From assembly GCA_031409335.1 (NCBI GenBank), contig JANNWY010000205.1, positions 1 to 62,437 of the forward strand: a DNA stretch of 62,437 bases, written 5' to 3'. The position numbers and the translations under genes were made by a program. Below the pieces are notes generated by a model, which was not told where the DNA came from, ran no database searches, and saw only the letters and a program-made list of their open reading frames with translations. How positions within the stretch are numbered: the first letter of the stretch is position 1; the number at the start of each line of letters is the position of its first letter. The DNA comes from Chthoniobacteraceae bacterium (GTDB taxonomy: Bacteria > Verrucomicrobiota > Verrucomicrobiia > Chthoniobacterales > Chthoniobacteraceae). Positions 43,287-53,983 of the stretch are shown here, piece after piece.

Positions 43287-44834
43287 TTACATCCTCCGCC
43301 ACGCACGACCATCGCGCGCGAGCAATTCGTCCGCTTCACCCGGCCCCCACGAGCCCGAGGGATATTCGCACAGCACCGGAGGCGTCGGACTTTCGTGCCA
43401 TGCGTGCTCGATCCGATCGACGAATTCCCACGCGTGCTCGACTTCGTCGCGTCGCGCGAAAAGTGTCGCATCGCCGCTCATCGCATCGAGCAGCAGGCGC
43501 TCGTACGCTTCCGGCGATGCCTTTCCAAAGCTCGTCCCGTAGTGAAAATCCATTTTCACCGGCTCGATGTTCACACTCGCTCCGGGGCGCTTCGCTTGAA
43601 TCCGGAGCGAAATTCCCTCGTCGGGCTGAATCCGAATCACCAGCACGTTCGGCCCGATGTCCGAATCGCGGCTGAAGAGCACGCCCGGCACATGCTTGAA
43701 TTGCACCGCGATCTCGGTCCCGCCCTTCGCCAGTCGCTTTCCGAATCGCACATAAAACGGCACATCCGCCCACCGCCAGTTGTCCACATGCGCCTTCAGC
43801 GCCACGTAGGTTTCCGTCATCGACTGGGGATTCACGCGATCCTCCTGGCGGTATCCCGGCACGTCCTTGCCATTGATCGCACCCGCCGCGTATTGCCCGC
43901 GCACGACATTCGCCGCCACATCCGCGCCGGACATCACACGGAGCGAGCGGATCACCTTCACTTTTTCATCGCGGATCGCATCCGCGCTGAGCGCCACCGG
44001 CGGCTCCATCGCGACGAGCGAGAGCAGTTGCAGCAAATGATTTTGCACCATGTCGCGCAACGCCCCCGCGCTGTCGTAGTAAGGCCCGCGGCCCTCGACG
44101 CCGAGCGGTTCCGCGCCGGTGATTTGCACATGGTCGATGTAGCGGCTGTTCCAGAGCGGCTCGAAAATTCCGTTCGCAAAACGCAGCACCATCAGGTTCT
44201 GCGCCGTCTCTTTTCCAAGGTAGTGGTCGATGCGAAAAGTATCCTTCTCGGGAAACACATCGTTCACCACCTGGTTCAGCGCCTGGGCCGATTTCAAATC
44301 CTTCCCGAACGGTTTCTCGACGATCACCCGTGCCCAACTTCCCTCGGTCGTTTTGTTCAAGCCGACCGCCGCCAGCATTTCCAAAATCCCGGGGAATTCG
44401 CTCGGTGCGACCGAAAGATAAAACAGCCGGTTGCCGCGCGTATTGCGCTCCGCATCCAGTTTCTCCAGCTGTGCCGCGAGCGATTTGTAGCCTTCGAGAT
44501 CGCCAAACTCGCTCCGATGGTAAAACACGCGGTCCGCGAAACTCCGCCACAACTCGTCATTCACCCCCTGCCGCGAATACTTTCGCGCCGCCTCCTCCAG
44601 CTCCGTGCGAAACTGCGCGTCGGTCTTTTCGCGCCGCGCAAAGCCCACCACGGAAAGCGCCGCCGGGAGATCGCCATCCGCAGCGATATTGTAAATGGCG
44701 GGGATCAGCTTTCGATACGTCAGGTCGCCTGAAGCGCCAAAGATGACCACTGTGCAAGGCTGTGGCATCGGTCTGTTTGACAAACCCTCCCGCAGGGGAT
44801 TCGACGTCCGTTCGGTGGTGGTGGAAGTAGTCAC
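43287..44834 (-). CDS. zwf: Glucose-6-phosphate 1-dehydrogenase
   Basis: FGASGDLT.RKL.P, EKPFG, RIDHYLGKE, RDMVQNH, AYERLL.D. Confidence 0.97.
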   Translation of the reverse strand: MTTSTTTERTSNPLREGLSNRPMPQPCTVVIFGASGDLTYRKLIPAIYNIAADGDLPAALSVVGFARREKTDAQFRTELEEAARKYSRQGVNDELWRSFADRVFYHRSEFGDLEGYKSLAAQLEKLDAERNTRGNRLFYLSVAPSEFPGILEMLAAVGLNKTTEGSWARVIVEKPFGKDLKSAQALNQVVNDVFPEKDTFRIDHYLGKETAQNLMVLRFANGIFEPLWNSRYIDHVQITGAEPLGVEGRGPYYDSAGALRDMVQNHLLQLLSLVAMEPPVALSADAIRDEKVKVIRSLRVMSGADVAANVVRGQYAAGAINGKDVPGYRQEDRVNPQSMTETYVALKAHVDNWRWADVPFYVRFGKRLAKGGTEIAVQFKHVPGVLFSRDSDIGPNVLVIRIQPDEGISLRIQAKRPGASVNIEPVKMDFHYGTSFGKASPEAYERLLLDAMSGDATLFARRDEVEHAWEFVDRIEHAWHESPTPPVLCEYPSGSWGPGEADELLARDGRAWRRM

Positions 44835-44918
44835 GTTGAATGATGAAACTGCGCAGCGCCGCGCGCCAATGCAAGCTCACAAGCCACGACAGCTCACAAG
44901 CCACGTCGTGACTCCGCG

Positions 44919-46865
44919 CTAGTCGTCCCGCCGCGCCGATTCCGTCCCGCGTCCAGGAGCATCGTCCGCATCCTCTTTCGGAGGACCTTTCCGTTTCTTC
45001 GACTTCTTCTCCTTCTCGACGGGTTGCTCCTTGAAAAGTTGTCGCATCACCCGCCCGATCATCGGTGCCGCCGTCGTGCCGCCATGCACGTCGTCGGCGT
45101 TTTTCACGTCGCTTTCATACACGACTGAAAACGCGTACCGCGGCTTTTCCGCGGGCGCGAAGCCGGCAAACCACGCCGCCGTTCGCTCGGCATTTTTCGG
45201 TCCCCACTGCGCGGTCCCCGTCTTGCCGGCGACCGAGACGCCCGGCACTCGCGCCTTTCCCCCCGTGCCAGCCGGGCTCGATACCACGGAGGCCATCGCG
45301 CGGCGCACTTCCTTCGCGATGTCTTTGTCGATGTCGATCAGCATCCGCGGGCGCACGTCGTACGCGGTCACGATTTGGTTGTCGATCGACTGCACTTGTT
45401 TCACCAGCCGCGCCGCGTAAAGCGTCCCGCCATTTCCCACCGCCGCCATCGCCATCGCCATCTGGAGCGGCGTCGTATCCACATCGCCCTGGCCGATGGA
45501 AATGTTCGCAGCGTCGCCGTTGAGCATCTTCCGTTTGTGCTTCTTGAGCATGTAGTCGTCGCTCGGGATCAGCCCCGCCGCTTCCGCCGCGAGCGGCAAG
45601 CCGGAGCGCTGTCCAAAGCCGAACTGCTGCGCGTAGTCGCACATCACGTGCGGCCCGATCTTGATGCCGACCTGGTAAAACCACGTGTCGCACGACTGCG
45701 TCAGCGCCATGTTGAATGCCATCGAGCCGCTGTCCGAACTCTTGTGATTCCGAAACCGCAGCCCGCCAATCATCATCGACCCCGGGCAACTGAACTCATC
45801 GTCCTTGTCCACCCGCCCGGTCTGCAGCGCCGCGACGCCGATAAACACTTTGAAAATCGAGCCCGGCGGATACGCCGAGCGAAATGCGCGCGGCAGCAGC
45901 GGGATGTTCGGATCGTCCTGCAGCATCTTGAAATCGGCCTCCGAGATTCTCGGCACGAACATATTCGGATTGAAGCAAGGCCACGACGCCATCGCCAGCA
46001 CGTCGCCCGTATTAGGATCGACGACCACCATCGCCCCGCGTTTCACACCGCGCGAAAGCGCATCCTCGCAGACTTGTTGAATGTGGGCGTCGAGCGAAGT
46101 GACGATGTTGTATCCCGGCTGCGGCGGGATGGTGATCTGCTCGGACGCTTTCCTGCCCTGCGTGTCGAACGAGATATTCAACTGCCCGTTTTTCCCCTGG
46201 AGCTGCTCGTCAAAGCTCGCCTCCAATCCCTCGCGACCCTCCGCGTTCGGCCACATCAACTCATTGTTCTCGATCGGCCCATCGAGCACTTTCCCGGCGC
46301 GACCCGCGTATCCGATGACGTGGGCGGCAAGCTGACCGTTCGGATACACACGCTGATAAATCGGCAGCAGCACCAGATTCTCCGGCTTCCCCCGCTTGAA
46401 CGCCTCCAGTTCACCGGGCTTCAAATCGTTCGCGATCACCCACGGAAAGGCAGCGCGATTCTTGTAATGCTTCAGCATCGCGTCGCCATTGAACGTGATC
46501 GGGCGGGCGATCAGCGCTTGCGCCAGCGCCACCTGTTTTTTCCCAAACGCCAGCGCCTCCGCATCGTTCCAAGTTGGCGGCGCGGGGAACGCCAGCGCGA
46601 GATTTTGACCCACTCGCGACTGGGCGAGCGGGGCGCCATTGCGATCCACGATCTGGCCACGCGGCGCGGGGATCGCGAGCACGTAGGCGTTCGCGTGCTT
46701 CTGCGTTTCCCAACTCGGCGAGAGGACGGTGTCGCCTTTTTTGGCGCTCAGCGTTTCCGGCTGTGCCGGAACGGCGGCGGCGAGCGCGGCGGCGGGCTTT
46801 TGCGCGGGCGCGATCGAGGCGAGGCAGATCGACGAAAGGAGGATGGAGTGGAAGCGGGAGATCAT
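44919..46865 (-). CDS. mrdA: Class B penicillin-binding protein (PBP2-like)
   Basis: PAPRGQIVDRNG, GREGLE, PGSIFK (SxxK), SCD (SxD), SIGQG, KTGTAQ. Confidence 0.85.
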   Translation of the reverse strand: MISRFHSILLSSICLASIAPAQKPAAALAAAVPAQPETLSAKKGDTVLSPSWETQKHANAYVLAIPAPRGQIVDRNGAPLAQSRVGQNLALAFPAPPTWNDAEALAFGKKQVALAQALIARPITFNGDAMLKHYKNRAAFPWVIANDLKPGELEAFKRGKPENLVLLPIYQRVYPNGQLAAHVIGYAGRAGKVLDGPIENNELMWPNAEGREGLEASFDEQLQGKNGQLNISFDTQGRKASEQITIPPQPGYNIVTSLDAHIQQVCEDALSRGVKRGAMVVVDPNTGDVLAMASWPCFNPNMFVPRISEADFKMLQDDPNIPLLPRAFRSAYPPGSIFKVFIGVAALQTGRVDKDDEFSCPGSMMIGGLRFRNHKSSDSGSMAFNMALTQSCDTWFYQVGIKIGPHVMCDYAQQFGFGQRSGLPLAAEAAGLIPSDDYMLKKHKRKMLNGDAANISIGQGDVDTTPLQMAMAMAAVGNGGTLYAARLVKQVQSIDNQIVTAYDVRPRMLIDIDKDIAKEVRRAMASVVSSPAGTGGKARVPGVSVAGKTGTAQWGPKNAERTAAWFAGFAPAEKPRYAFSVVYESDVKNADDVHGGTTAAPMIGRVMRQLFKEQPVEKEKKSKKRKGPPKEDADDAPGRGTESARRDD

Positions 46866-46921
46866 GAGGCGGCGGGGATTGTAGTCTTGAACCGCGCGGT
46901 GCTCAAGACCCGGAAGATAGC

Positions 46922-47022
46922 GCCGAAGGCTCTTGGACTGCGGTGATTTCTTCACCGCTCTGAGCAGCGGCGCGGCTGGACAAAAAGCGGTGAAGGAATC
47001 ACCGCAGTCCAAGGCCTTCGGC
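46922..47022. repeat. REP-like palindromic doublet, family A, copy 2
   Basis: GCCGAAGGC-TC-TTGGACTGCGGTGATTTCTTCACCGCT ... AGCGGTGAAGGAATCACCGCAGTCCAA-G-GCCTTCGGC. Confidence 0.88.
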
Positions 47023-47023
47023 T

Positions 47024-48445
47024 TTATCCTTCGAGAACGCGCTGACGCTCGCGGGCTTCGGCGTATTGCCTGGCGTAACGCAGGCGGGGTTTGATCGGCT
47101 TTGGTAAAACGAACGCGGGCACGGCTTGGCCAAGCTTTTCCAAGGCGTAAATCGCGGCTCCGCGGATCGACGCTTCCATTTCATCATTCGGATAAACGGG
47201 CTGGCCGAGCACGTCGGCCAGGCGTTGCAGCGCGGCGGGCGAGCGCTGGATGCCGCCGCTGACGATGAACTTCGGCGGACGCGGCTCGACTGCCGTCACC
47301 AGTTCGCCGATGCGCGCGATGCGATGGTAGCTCGCCTCGGTGATGGCCTGGAGCAGATCGAGCGCGGTCGTGTGCAGCGAGACGCCGTGGATGACGCCGA
47401 CTGCTTCCTCGTTCCACGTCGGCGCGCGGTCGCTCGTCCAAAATGGCAGCACGGTGAGGCCCGCGACGGGTTCGGGGCGGGCGGCGAGCGCGGCTTCGAT
47501 CGCAGCGTCATCCGGCAGCCGCAATTCGCGCAGGCACCACGCGCGCAGATTCCCCGCATCGCTCACCGCGCCGCCGACGACGAATCGTCCAGTATCCACG
47601 CGATAACAAAACAGTCCGAACGGCGCGCGCGCGACCGTGCCGGAACGCATCACGCGGAGCGCCGCGCTCGTGCCGACATTGATCGCGGCGAGTCCCGGTT
47701 GCGTCGCCCCCGAGCCGAGATTGCTCGCCGCGCCATCGCCGATCGCGGGAAACCACGGCACGCCGGCCAGCGCCGGAAATTCACGCGCCAGCGACCCGCC
47801 GACTGGCATCGCATCGTCGCACAAGCCGAGCATCTGATCCGCGGCGATGCCGCAATGCGCGAGCAGCGCGCGATCCCAGGCCAGTTTCGTGGGATTGAAA
47901 AGACCCGTCCCCGTCGCCATGCCGAATGCGCAATTTGCGCCACCGGAAATCGTGAGTTGCAACCACTCTGCGGGCGACATCCACCGCCGCACCCGCGCAA
48001 ATGTGCGCCGCTGCGTCCGCCGCAGCCACATCAGTTTCGCGGGCCAGAAAGACGCGCGCAACATGCACCCCGTGCGCGCGTGAATCTGCCGCTCGGAAAA
48101 CTTTTCGCGCAGCTCTGCCGCATCCGGCCGGCAGCGCGCATCCGCCCACGTGATCACCCGCGTGATCGGCCTGCCCTTCGCATCCGTGCCGACCAGGCTG
48201 TGCCAAAAGCACGACGCGCCGATCCCGGCAATCCTGCGCCCGCGCGCCTTCGCCATCGTTTCCGCGAGGCACTCCCGCACGGCGCGCAGCAGCAGCACAG
48301 GCTCGATCTCCGCCGCGCCCGCCACCGAGGTGATGAGCGGATACGTCTGCTGCGCCGTCGTGCCAGCGATCCGTCTCGCGTCGAAATCGAACAGCGCGGT
48401 GCGACACGACGACGTGCCAATATCGAGGGCGAGAATCAGGGGCAT
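47024..48445 (-). CDS. gntK: FGGY-family sugar kinase, gluconokinase-like
   Basis: ALDIGTSS, FWHSL, TWAD.R, GDGA.SNLGSGA, GTS.ALR, RAP.W; next to zwf/opcA. Confidence 0.75.
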   Translation of the reverse strand: MPLILALDIGTSSCRTALFDFDARRIAGTTAQQTYPLITSVAGAAEIEPVLLLRAVRECLAETMAKARGRRIAGIGASCFWHSLVGTDAKGRPITRVITWADARCRPDAAELREKFSERQIHARTGCMLRASFWPAKLMWLRRTQRRTFARVRRWMSPAEWLQLTISGGANCAFGMATGTGLFNPTKLAWDRALLAHCGIAADQMLGLCDDAMPVGGSLAREFPALAGVPWFPAIGDGAASNLGSGATQPGLAAINVGTSAALRVMRSGTVARAPFGLFCYRVDTGRFVVGGAVSDAGNLRAWCLRELRLPDDAAIEAALAARPEPVAGLTVLPFWTSDRAPTWNEEAVGVIHGVSLHTTALDLLQAITEASYHRIARIGELVTAVEPRPPKFIVSGGIQRSPAALQRLADVLGQPVYPNDEMEASIRGAAIYALEKLGQAVPAFVLPKPIKPRLRYARQYAEARERQRVLEG

Positions 48446-48498
48446 GTGGCGCAGAAGAGCAGAAACCCCGGCGCGGGAACGAGCGCTTTCTAACGCTG

Positions 48499-51400
48499 CT
48501 ACGCCGCGCCGCTCTTCTGCTCGGCGAAATCCACGGGGATGACGTTTTCGTCCGCCGTGCGCGCTTCGGCCAGCGCCGTCGCCACCGCCCTCCCGAGCGC
48601 GTCGATTTCGTAGGGCTTCGCGATCATTCCGCAGAAGCCATGCTTGCGGAAATCGGCCATGATCGGATCCATCGCGTAGCCGCTGGAGACGATCGCTTTC
48701 ACCGCCGGATCGATCTCGCGCAGCCGCCTCACCGCTTCGAGTCCGCCCATGCCGCCGGGGATCGTCAGATCGCTGATCACGAGGTCGAAGCGCTTGCCCA
48801 CTTTCATCGCGTCTTCATACATCTTGATCGCCATCAGCGAATCATACGCCTCGGTCACGACATAGCCCAATTCCTCGAGCGCGCAGGAAACCAGCGCGCA
48901 AATCGCGTCCTCATCATCCAGCACGAGGATACGTCCGCCGTGGGTGTGTTTTGGCGCTTCGAGCTCCACCGTTTCGGCGACCACCGCCGGTTTGTCGGAT
49001 GCCGGCAGGAAAATGTGGAACGTCGTGCCATCGCCCGGCTTCGAGGAAACATCGACGATGCCGCCGTGATTCTTGACGATCGAATAAGTCGTCGCGAGCC
49101 CGAGGCCGCTGCCTTTCGGCTTCGTGGTGAAATACGGATCGAAAATCTTTTTGAGATTATCCTCGGGAATGCCGATGCCCTCGTCGCGGACGGTGATGCA
49201 CAGATAACGCCCCGGCTTGAGCCCCAGGCGCGGATGCTCGGCGGTGAGTTCCACGTTGCCACAGTCCACGTGCAGCGTGCCGCCGGCGGGCATTGCCTGA
49301 TCGGCGTTGATCGCGAGATTTTGGATGACCTGGCTGATCTGACCGGCATCGACTTCCGCCGGCCACAAATCGGCGGCGATCGAAAATTCGCACCGCACAT
49401 TCGATCCGCGAAGTGAAAAGCCGACCGTGTCGCGCACCAGTTGCGCGATCGACGCGGTCTTCTTGATTGGCGATCCGCCCTTGGCAAACGTGAGGAGTTG
49501 CTGCGCCAGTTCCTGCGCGCGCAACGACGCCTTTTTTGCTGCGACGAGCCGGTCCGTGGTGGGGTCGCCGGTCTTCCCGTGCGAGAGCGCGATCGAGACA
49601 TTGCCGAGGATCGCGGTGAGCAGATTGTTGAAATCGTGCGCGATGCCACCGGCGGCGATGCCGAGCGATTCGAGTTTCTCGTTTTTCCTCCGCTCTTCTT
49701 CCGAACGCATCCGTTCCGTCACATCGCGGAAGACCAGCACGACACCGACTTTTTCATTGAGCCCGTCCTTGATCGGTGACGCGTTCGTCTCGATCAAACG
49801 CTCCGAGCCATCGTGCGCCACGACGACGGTCGGGCCTGCCAGCACATCGGCGGAACCTTCCTGGACGACGGTGAGAATGGCGTCGTTCAATGGCCTGCGC
49901 GTGCGCTCATGCCGGAGCCGGAAGACATCGGTGAGCGGCTTGCCCTCGGCGCGCTCCTGCGTCCAGCCGGTGAGCTTTTCGGCGACATTGTTCAGCATCA
50001 GCACGCGCCCGCCATTGTCGGTGGTGATGAAGCCATCCCCGATCGAACGCAGCGTCACCGCCAGCCGCTCTTTTTCGGCGGCGAGATCTTCGTCAAAACG
50101 TTTCCGCTCGATCTCCGCGCCCGCGCGGGCCGCGAAGATTTGCAGCGTCGATTCGATCACCTGCACGGCATCGAGCCGCTTGTGATCGAGCACGCCCATG
50201 ACGCCGACCGGCTGGCCGCAATGATCGAGCAGCGGCATCGCAACGAACGTATCGACGCCGAGCCCTTCGAGCAGACCATCATCGGGAAACCTCGCGCGCG
50301 CCCCGCCGATGTACGCGCGGAAGCCGCTCTGGAGGACATCGCCGCACGCGCTGCCACTGATCTCAAACTGCCCGCAACTCAGCATCCGCCCCTTTTCCGC
50401 CAGCGTCAGCGTGCTCGAAAGGCGATCCCCTTTCCGGTGAAGCTCGACGACGAAAGCGTACTCGGTCCGCAGCGCGCGCGAAAGTTCCTGCACCAGCGAT
50501 TTCAAAAACTCCACACCCGTCGCCGCCGAGAGACCCATGCCGATGTGCCGCAGCGTTTCCTCACCGCGCTTGCGCTCGGCGATGTCGCGGACGACCAGCG
50601 CGAACCGTTTCGTGCCATCGAAATGCATGTCGCTCAATGAAACCTCGATCGGAAACGGCGGCGCGCCATTGCGATGCCCGACCGCGGTGATCGTTTCGTC
50701 GATCAGCGTTGGCAATTCGCCGTCGATCATCAAATCGGGAATCAACGCCGCGATATTTCGCCCGACGATCTGCGCGGAAGTCTGCGCGAACAATCTCTCG
50801 GCGGATGGATTGACCGAATAGATCGCGCCCGCGGCATCGACCGTGATCACGCCATCGCGGGTGGACTCGACGATCGTGCGCGTCTGCAACTCGGCGGTTT
50901 CAATCTTCCGCAAATGCCTGCGAAACACGGCGAGGCTGTAGCAGCTCGACGCGATCAGAAAGCCGATCGCCACAAGGCACAAAGCCGTGAACGTCCCGAG
51001 TTGCAAAGTCGCCCGCTTGTTCGCCCGTTCGAGTGTTTCGGCGCTGTAGCGCCGGAACCCGTGCAGGCTGGCCCGCGCGGCATTCATCCAGACTTTGCTT
51101 TCGCTGTACGATGGCAGCGCGGCCGCGCTGGTGCCTTTCCACCGCGCCTGGACATGCGGCTCGGCGTATTGCGTGTCCCATGCCTTCCACTGTTCGGTCA
51201 AAGTCGCGAGCGCACCGCCCTCGGCGGAGCCTTTTGCCACCAGGCTCCCGAGCGCTTCGATGCGGCTCGTCAGCGATGAACGGATCGACAAAAATTGCAG
51301 CCGGAATTCGTTTTCGCCCGACGCCAGATAGTCGCGATGGGCATTCTCCATCGCGTTGAGATCGCTCTCGATCCGGGAGGTGACGCGCAGCGTTTCCAGC

Positions 51401-51594
51401 GCGGTTCCACGCAATTGATCGAGCGGCACTTTCTCGTGTGTGGAGACGAGAAAGAGCGCCCCGAGCATCACAATCGCGAGGATGCCAGCCGCCGAGGATC
51501 CCACCAGCTTCCCAAAGAAATAGTTCTCTTTTGAAAGCCAGTAGCCGAAACGTCGCGCGGCAGGCAGGACCTGTTTGAGAACACTAGGATGCAT
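48499..51594 (-). CDS. Hybrid sensor histidine kinase (CHASE3-like-PAS-GAF-PAS-HisKA-HATPase-REC)
   Basis: Two TMs around a helical sensor; [40 protein letters not shown]. Confidence 0.92.
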   Translation of the reverse strand: MHPSVLKQVLPAARRFGYWLSKENYFFGKLVGSSAAGILAIVMLGALFLVSTHEKVPLDQLRGTALETLRVTSRIESDLNAMENAHRDYLASGENEFRLQFLSIRSSLTSRIEALGSLVAKGSAEGGALATLTEQWKAWDTQYAEPHVQARWKGTSAAALPSYSESKVWMNAARASLHGFRRYSAETLERANKRATLQLGTFTALCLVAIGFLIASSCYSLAVFRRHLRKIETAELQTRTIVESTRDGVITVDAAGAIYSVNPSAERLFAQTSAQIVGRNIAALIPDLMIDGELPTLIDETITAVGHRNGAPPFPIEVSLSDMHFDGTKRFALVVRDIAERKRGEETLRHIGMGLSAATGVEFLKSLVQELSRALRTEYAFVVELHRKGDRLSSTLTLAEKGRMLSCGQFEISGSACGDVLQSGFRAYIGGARARFPDDGLLEGLGVDTFVAMPLLDHCGQPVGVMGVLDHKRLDAVQVIESTLQIFAARAGAEIERKRFDEDLAAEKERLAVTLRSIGDGFITTDNGGRVLMLNNVAEKLTGWTQERAEGKPLTDVFRLRHERTRRPLNDAILTVVQEGSADVLAGPTVVVAHDGSERLIETNASPIKDGLNEKVGVVLVFRDVTERMRSEEERRKNEKLESLGIAAGGIAHDFNNLLTAILGNVSIALSHGKTGDPTTDRLVAAKKASLRAQELAQQLLTFAKGGSPIKKTASIAQLVRDTVGFSLRGSNVRCEFSIAADLWPAEVDAGQISQVIQNLAINADQAMPAGGTLHVDCGNVELTAEHPRLGLKPGRYLCITVRDEGIGIPEDNLKKIFDPYFTTKPKGSGLGLATTYSIVKNHGGIVDVSSKPGDGTTFHIFLPASDKPAVVAETVELEAPKHTHGGRILVLDDEDAICALVSCALEELGYVVTEAYDSLMAIKMYEDAMKVGKRFDLVISDLTIPGGMGGLEAVRRLREIDPAVKAIVSSGYAMDPIMADFRKHGFCGMIAKPYEIDALGRAVATALAEARTADENVIPVDFAEQKSGAA

Positions 51595-51670
51595 TTGGGC
51601 TCCTCCATTTGAGCCAGACTCGTGCCCGGCTGGGAAAAACTTGCCGCCTTACCGGCCGCGGTCGCACCCG

Positions 51671-52201
51671 TCAGTACGCCAGCAATGACTCGGTCGGCGT
51701 CGCACCGAGCGCTTTCCGCCCCCTCAAAAATCGCAACTCAATCAAAAACACCGCGGACACCACATTCCCGCCAATCCGCTCGATCAGCTTCACCGCCGCG
51801 CCTGCCGTGCCGCCGGTCGCCAGCAGATCGTCGATCAGGACGACGCGCTCGCCGGGCTTCACCGCATCGACGTGCATTTCCACCACGGCCTCGCCGTATT
51901 CCAGCGAGTAAGCCTCGGCCTCGCACCGGTAGGGCAGCTTGCCCTTTTTGCGTATCGGCACAAAACCCAGCCCCAGCTCGTAAGCCGCCGCGGCACCGAA
52001 AATGAATCCGCGCGCATCGATCCCGGCGATCTTTTCCGCACCCGCGGCCCGGGCGGCGGCGACGAAGCCGTCGATCGCGATGCAGAGCAATTCCGCATCC
52101 CCGAGGATCGGCGTGATGTCTTTGAAAACGATCCCCTGCTTTGGAAAATCGGGCACATCGCGAATCGCGACTTGCAGGCGCTGAAGGTCGGCTGGACTCA
52201 T
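51671..52201 (-). CDS. apt: Adenine phosphoribosyltransferase
   Basis: IRDVPDFPK.GI.FKDITP, ARGF, RK.GKLP, LEYG, IDDLLATGGT; alternative start at 52225. Confidence 0.95.
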   Translation of the reverse strand: MSPADLQRLQVAIRDVPDFPKQGIVFKDITPILGDAELLCIAIDGFVAAARAAGAEKIAGIDARGFIFGAAAAYELGLGFVPIRKKGKLPYRCEAEAYSLEYGEAVVEMHVDAVKPGERVVLIDDLLATGGTAGAAVKLIERIGGNVVSAVFLIELRFLRGRKALGATPTESLLAY

Positions 52202-52295
52202 TTCACCGGGTTTTCGCAAACGCATGGCGGACGCGCAAGGGCGCAATCGCACGACTTGCCACCGGCATCCCGGCGTGTTGAGTTTCCCGCCGTCC

Positions 52296-53225
52296 ATGCC
52301 GCGCACCTCACTCTTCGACTTGCAGGTGAACGGCTTTGCGGGAGTGGATTTTCAACGCGAAGAATTGACGATCGAGGATTTGCGGCGGGCAGCCGCAAAG
52401 CTGCGCGCGCACGAGACGCATCGCATTTTCCTCACGCTCATCAGCGCCGAGCCCGATGCCCTGTGCCGGCAATTCGAGCGCATCGAGCGTTTCCGAAAAG
52501 CGGACCCCGCGATCGCTGAAATGGTCTGCGGCTACCATCTTGAGGGACCATTCCTCAGCCCGCTGGACGGATACCGCGGCGCGCACACGGCCGGCGTCCA
52601 GCGCGCGCCGGATGTCGCATTGTTCGATCGAATGCAAAGCGCCGCGAATGGCTTCATCCGTCTCGTCACGCTCGCCCCGGAATGGCCGGGCAGCGCGGAG
52701 TTCATCGCTGAAATCGTGCGCCGAGGCACCGTCGTTTCGCTTGGCCACACCAACGCATCCGAAACGCAGATCGACGACGCCATCACCGCGGGCGCAACCC
52801 TTTGCACCCATCTCGGAAATGGCGTCCCGCAAACGCAGCCGCGCCACGACAACATCATCCAGCGGCTCCTCGCCCGCGACGAACTCACCGCCTGCCTCAT
52901 CCCTGACGGCGTCCACCTCCCGCCATTCGCGCTGCGGAATTTTTTCCGCGCGAAGCCGCCCGGAAAAGTCATCCTCACCACCGACGCGATGGCCGCCGCC
53001 GCAGCCCCGCCCGGTCGCTACACCCTTGGCCCGCTCGTCGTGGAGTCACGCGATGGCGCAGTCCGCGTACCCGGTGCCGCGCACCTCGCCGGCTCCTGCC
53101 TCACGCCCGATCGTGGCGTGTCGAACGCCGCCGCGTGGCTCGGCATTTCCCTCCCGGAAGCGCGTGCGCTATTCTCCACCCAAGCTGCCGCATTGTTCAG
53201 CATTCAACTTCCCACGCTCGATTGA
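52296..53225 (+). CDS. nagA: N-acetylglucosamine-6-phosphate deacetylase
   Basis: DLQVNG, HLEGPF, TLAPE, LGH, THLGN, DGVH, TDA. Confidence 0.85.
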   Translation: MPRTSLFDLQVNGFAGVDFQREELTIEDLRRAAAKLRAHETHRIFLTLISAEPDALCRQFERIERFRKADPAIAEMVCGYHLEGPFLSPLDGYRGAHTAGVQRAPDVALFDRMQSAANGFIRLVTLAPEWPGSAEFIAEIVRRGTVVSLGHTNASETQIDDAITAGATLCTHLGNGVPQTQPRHDNIIQRLLARDELTACLIPDGVHLPPFALRNFFRAKPPGKVILTTDAMAAAAAPPGRYTLGPLVVESRDGAVRVPGAAHLAGSCLTPDRGVSNAAAWLGISLPEARALFSTQAAALFSIQLPTLD

Positions 53226-53983
53226 AAACCCACCGTTTCGATTTCCTCGATGTCCATCAATATCCCGACCGCGCCATGCTCGGCGCTGCTGCCGGCCAGC
53301 GCGTCGCCCTCACCATCCGGGCCGCCATCGGCGCGCGCGGCAAGGCCCGCGTCATCTTCGCCTGCGCGCCTTCGCAGGATGAATTTCTCGACGCTCTCAC
53401 GGCGCAGCCCGTCGATTGGACGAAGGTCACGATCTTCCACATGGACGAATACGTCTCGCTGCTCGACACCCATCCCGCCAGCTTCCGCAGCTATCTCCGC
53501 GAGCATCTCCTCGCCCGTGTCCGCACGCCCGGCACCGTCCATTTCATCCACGCGGAAGCGCCGCTCGACGACGAAGCCGCGCGCTATTCCGCGCTCCTCG
53601 CCGAGCGCCCGATCGACCTCGTCTGCCTCGGCATCGGAGAAAATGGTCACCTCGCATTCAACGATCCGCCGGTCGCCGACTTCCACGATCCCTTGCGGGT
53701 GAAAGTCGTCGCGCTCGATGAAGCCTGTCGGCAGCAGCAGATCCACGACGGCTGCTTCGTCTCCCTCGAAACCGTCCCCACCCACGCGCTCACCCTCACC
53801 ATTCCCGCGCTTATGGATTCCCGCGAAATCTCCTGCGTCGTGCCCGGCCCGCGCAAGGCCGCGGCCGTCCGCGACACCCTGCTGGGCCCGATCGCCACGA
53901 GCTGCCCGGCCTCAATTCTGCGCACCCATCCGCGCGCACTTTTGCACATCGACGACGCCGCCGCGTCGCTCCTCCCATCGTGA
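53222..53983 (+). CDS. nagB: Glucosamine-6-phosphate deaminase/isomerase family protein
   Basis: FHMDEY, HPASF, LGIGENGHLAFNDP, CPASILR.H; TTG start overlaps the nagA stop. Confidence 0.8.
   Translation: MKTHRFDFLDVHQYPDRAMLGAAAGQRVALTIRAAIGARGKARVIFACAPSQDEFLDALTAQPVDWTKVTIFHMDEYVSLLDTHPASFRSYLREHLLARVRTPGTVHFIHAEAPLDDEAARYSALLAERPIDLVCLGIGENGHLAFNDPPVADFHDPLRVKVVALDEACRQQQIHDGCFVSLETVPTHALTLTIPALMDSREISCVVPGPRKAAAVRDTLLGPIATSCPASILRTHPRALLHIDDAAASLLPS

Noticed and set aside
46866..47012. N-terminal extension of mrdA (MDCGDSFTAF...) given in the ORF track
   Set aside because: It is a translation of the family A REP doublet; ATG 46865 followed by a signal-like segment is the better start.
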